DNA of 63,494 bases, counting the filler. It is 7 parts of 7 records of this genome, joined end to end, with 100 filler letters (N's around TTAATTAATTAA, not from the genome) between each part and the next. Parts side by side here need not be neighbours in the genome. Positions count along the whole stretch, not along the records: positions 22,777 to 35,164 come from SRR31147125_7390; positions 35,265 to 44,278 come from SRR31147125_7391; 5 more parts are not named here. One strand, 5' to 3'. The stretch's first letter is position 1, and each line of letters begins with the position of its first letter. The notes below the pieces were generated by a model. That model did not search any database. It saw only the letters and a list, made by a program, of their open reading frames with translations, and was not told the DNA's origin. This document shows, piece by piece, positions 31,701 through 39,338 of this stretch. The position numbers were made by a program, and so were the translations under genes.

Positions 31701-33347
31701 GAGCCAAAGACAGAATATGAAATGGCAGTAGATGCAAAATCATATAAGTCAAAAACTCGGTTGACACAGTTTAACAATCTGCCAGAATTGATGCAGATAT
31801 ATAAACTTATGGCTGACGTACAGACACAAGAATCTTTGAATTTGCCAAGACCAAAAGTAATAGGTGGTAAACCAACGGTAATAACTGTTGAGGCAAGCCC
31901 AGAAGTAAAAAGAGCACAAGAGGAACTAGTTCGAAGATATGACGCAGTACAATCAGGTGGTATAGATAAATCAGTAGATAATCCATTAAAGATAACTACA
32001 GACGGAAAAATGATAGCCTTAGATATAAGGTTAAGGAAACCAGAAACAGAAGATACAGGCGATAATAAAATTGATGCAGTAGCAGATAATGTTCATAAAT
32101 TATGGGAGCAACACGCTGATACTAGAGCGACACAACTTGTATTTAGTGATATAGGCACTCCTAAAACTGATGGCACATTTGATGTGTATAATACTCTTAA
32201 AAAGAAACTCATGGATAAAGGTATTCCACAGGAAGAAATAGCATTTATACATGACTGCAATAATGACAAACAAAAGCAAGATTTATTTGCAAAGGTTCGT
32301 AGTGGTGATGTAAGGGTATTGGTTGGTTCAACTGAAAAAATGGGAACAGGAATGAATGTGCAAGATAGACTTCTAGCACTTCATCATATAGATGTACCTT
32401 GGAAACCAGACCAAATAGAACAACGTGAGGGAAGAATAAAAAGATTTGGTAACATGTTCGATGAAGTTCATATTTTCAGATATGTAACTAAAGGAACATT
32501 TGATGCTTATATGTGGCAAGTTATTGAAAGTAAGAATAAATTCACATCTAAAGTTATGTCTCCAAAACGAGTAACACAAAGAAGTATTGAGAATATAGAT
32601 GCAAGAGCGTTGGAGTATGCAGAGGTAAAAGCATTAGCAAGTGGTAATCCTTTAATAAAGGAAAGGATGGACTTAATGGCTAAAGTCAACAGGCTTGAAA
32701 TGATTAAGCAAGACAGTATAAATATGCTTAGTGATATTAGAGGTCAAGAAAAAAGGCTTGAAGTTGAGATTGCAGGTGGTATAAGTGCAATAGAAAAAAC
32801 ACAGATGGATATTGACAAAAGAAAAGGACTTGAAGATACAGATGATTTTGAAATAGTTATCAACGGAAAAACTATTACAGATAAAAAAGCAGGTGTCGGA
32901 ATATTACATCACACTATCAAAGGAGTGTCGCCAATGAAAGGAGGTGAGTATAAAGACATAGGTGAGTACCAAGGATTTACAATAAGAGTAATGCCGTCTG
33001 GTTTCCATATGGCAGAAAATAAATTGTATCTTGTAGATAATGACTACTACGAATTTGCACAGAGTGAAACCGAAACAGGCACATTTACAAGAATGAATAA
33101 TGTAGCAAAAGGACTTGATAAAAAACTGATAAATCTTAATAAAGAATTGGATTATAGGAAACAAGACCTTAAGATTGTAAAAGATAAAATTGCTACAGGC
33201 TCAACGTTCGATAAGCAAGAGGAACTTGATAAGCTGAAAAAGCGACAAGCAAAAATTGATAAGGAATTGATTAAAACCACCGCAAAAGCAAAGCAAAAGG
33301 ATAAAGCCAAAGATTTAGAAAATAACCCAAAGGACTTAGACCGTTAA
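25794..33347 (+). CDS. Large polyvalent protein: N6-adenine methyltransferase + SNF2/SF2 helicase (DarB-like)
   Basis: VLEPSMGVGNF and GNVPF MTase motifs; AHEVGAGKS, VDEAH, ATGTP, GTGMNVQ and EQREGRIKR helicase motifs; N-terminal AT(Y)DVWN...GSKA ArdC-N-like region; DUF1249-like HTFVQNGDLMSDPDME domain. Confidence 0.88.
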   Translation: MSRFKELSQMYKDGTIGESIRGEENIDRFLTYSGKHYKLDFDQCLCAYAQSPEATAFATYDVWNVYLNRKIIRGSKATLLPDDKSTNGVKYVFDVADTKGAPLPEHWKMREEHRDEVIAKLDREFGIKRTFELDNIENVESAVAHSNDQMRFANKEVIKKYCDYNNVSFYDVYDDIQECSNEIVARRLEIDTGNTLDLSRMNEEYSPALVEKILRTSSNSAQAVLLEIEKTVKSYEKNKVKERNFENEKYTKENNISSERGRNDVPEHNTAREPRANNSVGQVGQKGTDISTGISADSGGILQQDNGTESDTTESGRTGSGISDSNNQEIERADTRSEVGQSVSENTVQQPDSGTSRETNVERSGISAARDGQSSVRRNEQITGEFNEQLELYKGVDWSESEWQNMLTFTYPETAILAFENGLDVRVIGKVEDDTYPLTSVEDIQKHFQAQRLIATTAPEDVRQIYIDKNHEITSKILEDTIKPKRHRRTQPEMNYARLQEIAPKFFDGRYDYQKMQAGDAMMPLSFDKLHYESENVAVISIAHTFVQNGDLMSDPDMELRVDFENKTVEPLSFTQHSMGIYHQVYNEDGTKYSPQLRKELNAFLSQWTKNIQSQGYQIEKAYYNDKLKEELGEPSFNDQGQEIGFDVAVQPEGETVTKNIYEPAAEEFDKQFYMDEVLLDGSNFEGGKQRIIDYFAENSNNSDRAVFLKKEYGIGGGTKHYSNGVQGHANHDGKGISAEVSYSDEPIEHYTYAKAAKRIGELLENGRYFKPRYASEKPLTGREKFAVQMQMDLTPVTESRIPTERFDANTMWSNVQWDFVETYDYPEHARNAFNEGIEIRRIGEGMNAYPINSLEELNRDIDNKEFLGSVVSDDIKDRFFELQEQARLEDVAAKYAEKIKDEIESEPIDFVITDESYANTPTSKRERYNANVNAIKVLQDIESGEIIATDESREIISKYTGWGGLQEPFDENNLSWQNEYKELESLLSASEYADARRSVLDAYYTSPQITQTIYGALEKFGFDGGKVLEPSMGVGNFIGTMPMEMRDKSLITGVEIDSVSGRISKVLYPDVDVNIKGFQDTNFRDNQFDIVVGNVPFGEVHIYDKEYKGRTLIHDYFFKKSIDKVRPDGIIALVSSSGTMDKADDTVRRYISERTDHVGSIRLNEDMFTGTKVTTDIIFLRKKDNITEHSTDFTEIAENADGVKMNKYFVENPQMIVGKMVSRNGRFGEETACINDDTIDINTQLDKAIHHLTTDVVMEKSLSDVEEIPKEITVDQLQDASEPTVDAFSMVIKDNELLYNNDGVFEPVKRAKTNGVRYNRCKDLIAVRDSFKKLLDAEMSNENDAIIENAREELNNSYDTFIKNEIKRVAKNQVQEVGINTDVVSKDFNMDGGYPLICSLEDKDAATGNYIKSKVFTQRTISPKINIVSAKDSHEALMLSLSERTKVDIPYMAALTNQTPEEVISELKGEIYRNPSEVNNDIPYSGYETKSHYLSGDVVNKLAVAHHHTALDESYRDNVIALEEVQPEPLKSGDIDMKLGSTWIPVNHFEQFARDIFNSHSRYDGDVEIAFNPYNARYEITNRPSVYNKECSYIYGLSSAHHKNGYRILEDTLNMMPTTITTKDSDGNTIVDKVATARAREKQELLKDKFKEWVRLDYNREQELVDTYNGKFNTLVPREFDGSGYVFPHQSPFFELRPHQKNAVARIMQTQTCLLAHEVGAGKSAVMATAGHEMKRLGTANKVLYVVPNHLVGQMAQEIYKVYPSSNLLILDSKRDMSKLKKDISLGKILTGDYDGIIMAHSSFDRIGISDDLRQKVLQQQLDEVVDTLAVTDDGARRTVRQLEIAQQNLISQLSELDNRQIKSNVLNFDDLGIDAMLVDEAHAYKNALVYTKMTGVSGVSSSPSGRANDMLAKVDFMTSNNKKVIFATGTPVSNTLSEMYIMQRYLQPQELRKRHLHSFDRWASTFAEPKTEYEMAVDAKSYKSKTRLTQFNNLPELMQIYKLMADVQTQESLNLPRPKVIGGKPTVITVEASPEVKRAQEELVRRYDAVQSGGIDKSVDNPLKITTDGKMIALDIRLRKPETEDTGDNKIDAVADNVHKLWEQHADTRATQLVFSDIGTPKTDGTFDVYNTLKKKLMDKGIPQEEIAFIHDCNNDKQKQDLFAKVRSGDVRVLVGSTEKMGTGMNVQDRLLALHHIDVPWKPDQIEQREGRIKRFGNMFDEVHIFRYVTKGTFDAYMWQVIESKNKFTSKVMSPKRVTQRSIENIDARALEYAEVKALASGNPLIKERMDLMAKVNRLEMIKQDSINMLSDIRGQEKRLEVEIAGGISAIEKTQMDIDKRKGLEDTDDFEIVINGKTITDKKAGVGILHHTIKGVSPMKGGEYKDIGEYQGFTIRVMPSGFHMAENKLYLVDNDYYEFAQSETETGTFTRMNNVAKGLDKKLINLNKELDYRKQDLKIVKDKIATGSTFDKQEELDKLKKRQAKIDKELIKTTAKAKQKDKAKDLENNPKDLDR
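26533..26940 (+). CDS. tnpV: TnpV-family protein nested in the +1 frame of the helicase gene
   Basis: ITY..NEDGMMYPNI...LGKWGKKALIYLQEYQP...LNPILQRVDEQA...RYNNQIAEQAEKLMLSEVVF follows the TnpV pattern; AAGGA RBS at 26519-23. Confidence 0.7.
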   Translation: MKNTQKKITYHQNEDGMMYPNITPPENHVPTTALGKWGKKALIYLQEYQPIAVEYYSKTMELNPILQRVDEQAAEYLIAITKKLKEQIPAPKSDNPLVKIRYNNQIAEQAEKLMLSEVVFQPHVTDSQALEEMNK

Positions 33348-33381
33348 AAGACGGTTTATAAATAAAAAGGAGGATTATAAT

Positions 33382-34230
33382 ATGGATAAGAAAAATTCCA
33401 TAAGAATAGATGAATTATTAGCAAATATTAAAAAAGAGACTGACATAATAGAAATACCAAAATTAAATTTTGAATTTATTAGTGACGATAAGTTAAGCAA
33501 AATGGTGCCTGTAAATAGAGATATGGTTGAAACAATGCTAGCATGCGGAGCAATGCCAGTAGAAATAGGCTCGCACCCTATTAATTATGGAAGTAACAAG
33601 GGTGACTATGTTAGCGTTAATATTAATGAAAATGAAGATATAGAGGAAATAATTAATTATAGTATAAGAAATAATGAATATTTTTATGTTCACAATTCAT
33701 ACAAAGATGGAAAAATGATATCTGAAAATGTAAAAGAAATATCAAAAATAATGAAAGAAGAAAATATAAGTATCGCAGAAATAAAAGAAAGGAGATTAGC
33801 CATAACAAAAAAAGTAAAAGCACAAAAGTCAGTTTCAAACACAATGTCAGAGTTGAATCAAGATGCTGACGGTAAAGTACTCAATAAAGATTCAAAACCT
33901 TATATAAAAACACAGGGAAATTTAGCTAGTGATGTGGAAGTGAAAAAAAGTAAAAAAGGTGAGCTATACTCAAAAGTAATTATTGCTGAAAATCATAAAG
34001 ATGGAACTACCAATTACTATACCACCATTGCTAAAGGAAAACAACTTAACAAAATGAAAGGCTATAAAAAAGGTCAATTTGTAGAAGTTGAAGGCATATG
34101 CAAACTAGAGCCTAAACTTGGCAATGATGGAAAAGCAAAATTAGATGTTACTATGTTCGTAAGCAATACAAAAAACCTTGAACAAAATGTAGAAAAGCAA
34201 AAAGCGCAACAAACTAATCTAGAGAGGTAA
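33382..34230 (+). CDS. Protein with a C-terminal SSB-like OB-fold
   Basis: GNLASDVEVKKSKKG...YKKGQFVEVEG; AGGAGG RBS. Confidence 0.7.
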   Translation: MDKKNSIRIDELLANIKKETDIIEIPKLNFEFISDDKLSKMVPVNRDMVETMLACGAMPVEIGSHPINYGSNKGDYVSVNINENEDIEEIINYSIRNNEYFYVHNSYKDGKMISENVKEISKIMKEENISIAEIKERRLAITKKVKAQKSVSNTMSELNQDADGKVLNKDSKPYIKTQGNLASDVEVKKSKKGELYSKVIIAENHKDGTTNYYTTIAKGKQLNKMKGYKKGQFVEVEGICKLEPKLGNDGKAKLDVTMFVSNTKNLEQNVEKQKAQQTNLER

Positions 34231-34266
34231 TTTACCAATAAATAAATTATAAAGGAGCAATTAAAA

Positions 34267-34631
34267 ATGATTGGACATGTTGATGGGAATTTGACAGATA
34301 AGCCAAAAAAATTAAATCAAAAAAGAATACGGATTTTGTGGCTTGTGGTATGGGTGAGAACAGGGATGGAAAAGAAACTATCTACTATAACCTGTTAGCA
34401 TTTGATGATGATGCAATGGAGGCTTTACTTTCTCTTGACAGCGGTAATCTTGTAAAAGTTGTTGGATTTTACAAAGATAGCACATATGAAAAAGAGGTAA
34501 AGATTGACGGTGTGAAAACAGGAGTAAAGGCAATTGAAATTAATCGACAATTAACAATAATAAAACTTAGTGTATTAAATGCCGGAAACAAAATGGAAGT
34601 CATTTATGAAAGACCAAGAGAGGAAAGGTAA
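34267..34631 (+). pseudogene. SSB-like OB-fold protein split by a -1 frameshift at an A7 run
   Basis: AAGGAG RBS and ATG at 34267; one extra A in 34305-34311 gives GNLTDKPKKIKSKKNTDF, which aligns without gaps to the neighbouring paralogs. Confidence 0.7.
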
Positions 34632-34639
34632 TAAAACTA

Positions 34640-35053
34640 ATGGAACAACAAAAGAATAAAGACAAACAACAATATCCAGACACTTGGACAAAAGTATCTG
34701 GAAACTTGGTAGCAGACCCAGAGGTCAAAACAAGTAAAAAGGATGAGAAATATGCCGAGGCTACAATCATTGATAACAACAGTAAAGACAAACAGGCTCA
34801 TAAGCTGATTGGTAAAGGCAAGCAGAAAGAACAAATGATGCAGTACAAAAAAGGCGATTATGTTTATGCAGAGGGCGGTTCTAAAACAAAGCAATACACA
34901 AACAAAAAAGGTCAAGAAAAGACCGACAGCACAGTCTTTGTTCAAAGGTCAAAGAAATTGGAGAAGAAAAAAGAAAAAGAGCAAAACAAAAAGCAAAACA
35001 AAAAGCAAGGACTTGGCAAAAAGAAAGCGGCAGGAAAAGGATTTGACAGGTAA
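34640..35053 (+). CDS. SSB-like OB-fold protein
   Basis: VSGNLVADPEVK...YKKGDYVYAEG...KQYTNKKG; lysine-rich tail instead of the acidic DDDIPF tip. Confidence 0.72.
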   Translation: MEQQKNKDKQQYPDTWTKVSGNLVADPEVKTSKKDEKYAEATIIDNNSKDKQAHKLIGKGKQKEQMMQYKKGDYVYAEGGSKTKQYTNKKGQEKTDSTVFVQRSKKLEKKKEKEQNKKQNKKQGLGKKKAAGKGFDR

Positions 35054-35068
35054 TAAACAAAACTAACA

Positions 35069-35100
35069 TACACACCTGCAGGTTGCGGGTGTGTACTTTT
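35069..35100 (+). terminator. Intrinsic terminator-like hairpin
   Basis: TACACACCTGCA-GGT-TGCGGGTGTGTA followed by CTTTT. Confidence 0.6.
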
Positions 35101-35164
35101 GGATTCTGCACCTTGCCAACTCGCTTAACCGACAGCTGCGGATTCCATTAGATAAAGAATGAAT

Positions 35165-35264
35165 NNNNNNNNNNNNNNNNNNNNNNNNNNNNNNNNNNNN
35201 NNNNNNNNTTAATTAATTAANNNNNNNNNNNNNNNNNNNNNNNNNNNNNNNNNNNNNNNNNNNN
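35165..35264. other. Artificial contig spacer
   Basis: N44-TTAATTAATTAA-N44. Confidence 0.99.
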
Positions 35265-35480
35265 GGTATTGATGTTGGTGCAAAATATGAAATTTATCAA
35301 TTGATGCTAGACTTAGTAAGTCAAGGTAAATCAATTATTATGGTTTCTAGTGAAATGCCAGAACTTCTTGGGATCACTGATCGTATTGGTGTGATGAGTA
35401 ATGGTAAACTTGCAGGTATTCTTAATACGAAAGATGCAACACAAGAAGAATTATTTAAATTAACGACTAAATATTTATAG
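35265..35480 (+). CDS. mglA: Galactoside ABC ATPase, C-terminal fragment
   Basis: [13 protein letters not shown]...[21 protein letters not shown]; directly upstream of mglC. Confidence 0.8.
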   Translation, partial: GIDVGAKYEIYQLMLDLVSQGKSIIMVSSEMPELLGITDRIGVMSNGKLAGILNTKDATQEELFKLTTKYL

Positions 35481-35489
35481 GAGGATATC

Positions 35490-36590
35490 ATGGAGAGAAT
35501 TAATAACTATTTCAAAAACTTATTTAGAGACGCTAAAGGCGAACCTAAAGACATTAAAGAAATGCTGATTAATAACGCGATATATTTTGTTATTGGAGCA
35601 ATGATTTTATTTATTATTATTAGAGAACCATCATTTTTAAGTTTTGATGTATTTAAAAACATCTTAACGCAATCAAGCGTAAGACTTATACTAGCACTTG
35701 GTGTTGGTGGGATTATTATTTTACAGGGGACTGACCTTTCACTTGGTAGAAATGTTGGTTTGTCTGCGATTGTGACTGCATCTTTCTTGCAATCATTTAG
35801 TTATGGCGCAAGATTTTACGAAGTGTTACCTGATTGGGTATGGCGCACTAATCAATTAGGTGAAGTTGCTGGGTTCCAATGGTATTTCTATATCCTTGTC
35901 TTACTCTTAGCAATTTTAATTAGTGCATTCTTTAGTGGTATCAATGGTTTTGTCGTTGCGAAATTTAAAATACATCCATTCCTAGCAACGCTAGGTGGTA
36001 GTGTTGCGATTTATGGGATTCTACTTTTATACTTTAATACATCTGATGCAGGTCCACAACCTATTGGATCTCTAGATGAAACCTATGGTTCTTTTGTGGG
36101 TAATCTAAATTTCTTAGGTATGGAAATTCCGAAATTGATTATTTATGCGGTGCTTGCTGCGATTGTCATGTGGTTTGTTTGGAATAAAACAGCATTTGGT
36201 AAAAATATGTATGCAGTTGGTGGCAATCCAGAAGCTGCTAAAATTTCCGGTGTTAATGTCATGAAAACAACAATACTTGTCTACATCCTTGCTGGTGTAT
36301 TATATGGTATTGGTGGTTATTTAGAAGCTGCACGTGTAGGTAGTGCAAATACTGCATTTGGGCTTAATTATGAATTAGATGCGATTGCTGCCTGTGTCGT
36401 TGGTGGTATATCATTTAGTGGTGGTATTGGTAAAATAAGTGGTGCTGTTGCTGGTGTATTAATGTTTACAATTATTACATATGGGATGGTATATTTAGGT
36501 ATTGATGCATATTATCAATATATTATTAAAGGTGTTATTATTGTTGCTGCTGTTGCATTAGACACTAGAAAATATATTAAGAAAACTTAA
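35490..36590 (+). CDS. mglC: Galactose/methyl-galactoside ABC permease
   Basis: QSSVRLILALGV, GTDLSLGR, YELDAIAACVVGG. Confidence 0.85.
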   Translation: MERINNYFKNLFRDAKGEPKDIKEMLINNAIYFVIGAMILFIIIREPSFLSFDVFKNILTQSSVRLILALGVGGIIILQGTDLSLGRNVGLSAIVTASFLQSFSYGARFYEVLPDWVWRTNQLGEVAGFQWYFYILVLLLAILISAFFSGINGFVVAKFKIHPFLATLGGSVAIYGILLLYFNTSDAGPQPIGSLDETYGSFVGNLNFLGMEIPKLIIYAVLAAIVMWFVWNKTAFGKNMYAVGGNPEAAKISGVNVMKTTILVYILAGVLYGIGGYLEAARVGSANTAFGLNYELDAIAACVVGGISFSGGIGKISGAVAGVLMFTIITYGMVYLGIDAYYQYIIKGVIIVAAVALDTRKYIKKT

Positions 36591-36684
36591 TGAACTGATT
36601 TGTACATTAAATGTAAAGGTATTCATTCGAATACCTTTTTTTATTGATTTCATGTATACTAATAAAAAAACAAGGGAGATGTTT

Positions 36685-37587
36685 ATGAAAGCAATTATTT
36701 TAAAAAAATATGGTGGGGTAGATGAACTGGACATGGTTGAGGTGGAAAAACCTAAAATAAAAGAGCATGATATATTGATCAAAATGGTAGCAGCCAATGT
36801 TGCTAGTGGTGATATGCGCTTGCATACACAGGATGCACCTTTTGTTATTAAAATAATCATGTCTTTGATATTTGGCTTTAAGAAGCCAAGAAGACAAATT
36901 AGAGGTATTAGTGGTTCTGGTGTCATTGAAAGTGTAGGATCAAAAGTTTCATCATACCAAAAAGGCGATGAAATATATTTTATAAATTCAATGAAAGCAG
37001 GTAGTTTTGCTGAATACATTGTTTTAAATGAAAAATCGAAGATGGCCATAAAACCTAAAAACATATCACATCAAGAAGCAGCACCACTTGCTTTTGGGGC
37101 GATGAGTGCTTATCATTTCATCAATCACAAAACTATCAAAAAAGATGATAAAGTGTTGATCTATGGAGCAAGCGGTTCTGTAGGCTCTTATGCTGCTCAG
37201 CTTGCCATATACTATGGTGCAGAAGTCACTGCAGTTGCAAGTAAAAAACATCATGAAAAATTGAAGGCTGTAGGTATTCAGCAATTGATTGATTATCAAG
37301 AAAAAGATTTTAGATTAGAAGAGCATACCTATGATGTTATTTTTGATGCAGTCATGAAGATTAACAAAAAATCTTGTCAAAAAGTTTTAAAAAAAGGCGG
37401 TAAATATTACTCAGTTAAAAGTCCTACAAAAGAAGATGTCGTAAGATTATTAGCAATTAATGAAATCATTTTAAAAGGTAAACTAAAAACAGTTATCGAT
37501 CAAGTATATCCTTTCGATGCATTTAGAGAAGCACATGAAAAAGTTTATACAAAACATAAAACAGGAAATGTTGTACTTAACATATGA
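36685..37587 (+). CDS. MDR family NAD(P)-dependent oxidoreductase
   Basis: MKAI...YG, GSFAEY, VLIYGASGSVG; start uncertain (36679 or 36685). Confidence 0.8.
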   Translation: MKAIILKKYGGVDELDMVEVEKPKIKEHDILIKMVAANVASGDMRLHTQDAPFVIKIIMSLIFGFKKPRRQIRGISGSGVIESVGSKVSSYQKGDEIYFINSMKAGSFAEYIVLNEKSKMAIKPKNISHQEAAPLAFGAMSAYHFINHKTIKKDDKVLIYGASGSVGSYAAQLAIYYGAEVTAVASKKHHEKLKAVGIQQLIDYQEKDFRLEEHTYDVIFDAVMKINKKSCQKVLKKGGKYYSVKSPTKEDVVRLLAINEIILKGKLKTVIDQVYPFDAFREAHEKVYTKHKTGNVVLNI

Positions 37588-37657
37588 TTATGAAAAATAT
37601 ACGAATCACATGATAAATAGTGGTATAATCAAGATATGAAATGTTTTTGGAGGCAAT

Positions 37658-38535
37658 ATGATTAAAACAGTAAATTTAACAAAGTATTATAAAAAACATG
37701 CAAGAGGCATACTTGATGTTTCACTGGATATTAAAAAAGGTGAAATATTTGGATTTATTGGACCAAATGGTGCTGGGAAATCAACAACAGTTAGAACGCT
37801 ACTTAATCTAATATTTCCAACGAGTGGGCATGCGACGATTAATGATTTAGATATTATCAGTGATAGTGTAGCCATTAGAAAACACATTGGATATATTCCA
37901 AGTGAAGTCAATTTATATAGTGATATGAAAGTCATAGATTTTTTAAATTATGCAACAACATTTCACGATAAAGTAGATTTAGATAGACAAAAATATTTAA
38001 TTGAATCATTAGAATTAGATGTTTCTAGAAAAATGAGTGAGTTATCATTTGGTAATAAAAAGAAAGTTGCTATTGTTCAAGCATTGCAATCAAGCCCGGA
38101 GTTGTTAATTTTAGATGAACCAACATCAGGCTTAGATCCCCTTATGCAAAATACATTTTTTAAACTTATTCTAGAAGAGAAAAAAGAGGTGCAACCATCT
38201 TTTTCTCATCACACATCTTAAGTGAAGTTCAGCGTATATGTGATAGAGTTGCTATCATTAAAGAAGGACAAATTATTAAAATTGAAAAAGTAGAAGATAT
38301 ACTAAAAGCACGTGCAAAAAAAATTAAACTCAAAACAAAACAACCCCTTAAACAAACAAAAGATATGATTGATTTTAAACACGAGAATAGCCATGTGACA
38401 TTTGTTTATACAAAACCAATTGCTAACCTACTTCAGATGTTATCATCACTTGATATCGAAGATTTAACCATCACTGAACCTTCATTAGAAGAAATATTTA
38501 TGCACTATTATGAGAAACAGGAGTTAAACATATGA
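37658..38535 (+). pseudogene. ABC-2 exporter ATP-binding protein, frameshifted at an A6 run
   Basis: GPNGAGKST, LDEPT. Adding one A at 38180-85 restores RGATIFFSSHILSEVQRICDRV... ending in TGA 38535, which overlaps the next ATG. Probably a sequencing indel. Confidence 0.8.
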
Positions 38536-39335
38536 TTGCACTCATTAAAACTGAATTTAAAAGAAATGCAAGATCACTTTTACTCTGGACTGTGATTGTC
38601 GCAGGTTTAGGTGGCTTGATGTTATTATTATTTCCAGCATTTGAAGATTCATTTTCAGATATTGAACAACTCCTTGATGCGTACCCTCCAGAGTTTTTAG
38701 AAGCTTTTGGTTTAGGAGAAAACGGACTTGATATGTCAACAGTTTATGGATGGTTTGGTGTCGAAGGATATTTATTTGTGACTTTGATTGGTGGTAGTTA
38801 TGCAGCCATCTTAGGAAGTAGTATTCTATCTAAAGAAGAAGATGACAAAACAATAGAATTTCTTTTATCAAAGCCAATAAGTCGTTCTAACATATATTTT
38901 GGTAAAGCCATCGTTGTTCTGATTAACCTATTGGTATTAAATACAGCAGTTAGTCTTGTATTACTAATAGCATTTACAACAATTGGTGATTTTGATTTTA
39001 TCCTTTGGTTTTTATTCTCATATGCGCCATTGATTTTGCAAATTGTATTTGCATCTGTTGCGTTATTTATTTCCATATTTGTGACTAAATCACGCCAAGT
39101 GATGAGTGTTTCATTAGGTCTTTCCATTGGTTTATATGTGGTTGATCTTATTTCGACATTGACAGAAAGCGCTGAATTTTTAAAATATTTTACACCGTAT
39201 GAATACGTCAATGCTATATCAATTATTAACGATCAACAGATTAAACCATTATATTTAATGATATCACTAGTTATTGTTTCATTATCATTAATTGGTGGAT
39301 GGCAATTTTATAAAAGAAAAGATATAGCTGTTTAA
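38532..39335 (+). CDS. ABC-2 type permease
   Basis: SKEEDDKTIEFLLSKPISR motif; 6 TM segments. Confidence 0.85.
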   Translation: MIALIKTEFKRNARSLLLWTVIVAGLGGLMLLLFPAFEDSFSDIEQLLDAYPPEFLEAFGLGENGLDMSTVYGWFGVEGYLFVTLIGGSYAAILGSSILSKEEDDKTIEFLLSKPISRSNIYFGKAIVVLINLLVLNTAVSLVLLIAFTTIGDFDFILWFLFSYAPLILQIVFASVALFISIFVTKSRQVMSVSLGLSIGLYVVDLISTLTESAEFLKYFTPYEYVNAISIINDQQIKPLYLMISLVIVSLSLIGGWQFYKRKDIAV

Positions 39336-39338
39336 AAA

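Larger units (their letters stand above)
22777..35164. mobile_element. Fragment of a Firmicutes-type conjugative/mobilisable element (plasmid or ICE)
   Basis: Relaxase, RHH accessory protein, oriT-like nic, DarB-like methylase/helicase and SSB paralogs; no housekeeping genes. Confidence 0.85.

Noticed and set aside
35101-35146. Second hairpin (GGATTCTGCA...TGCGGATTCC) after the SSB operon as an ssDNA promoter or ncRNA
   Set aside because: The stem is short and imperfect, no -35/-10 pair lies within it, and the contig ends immediately after.
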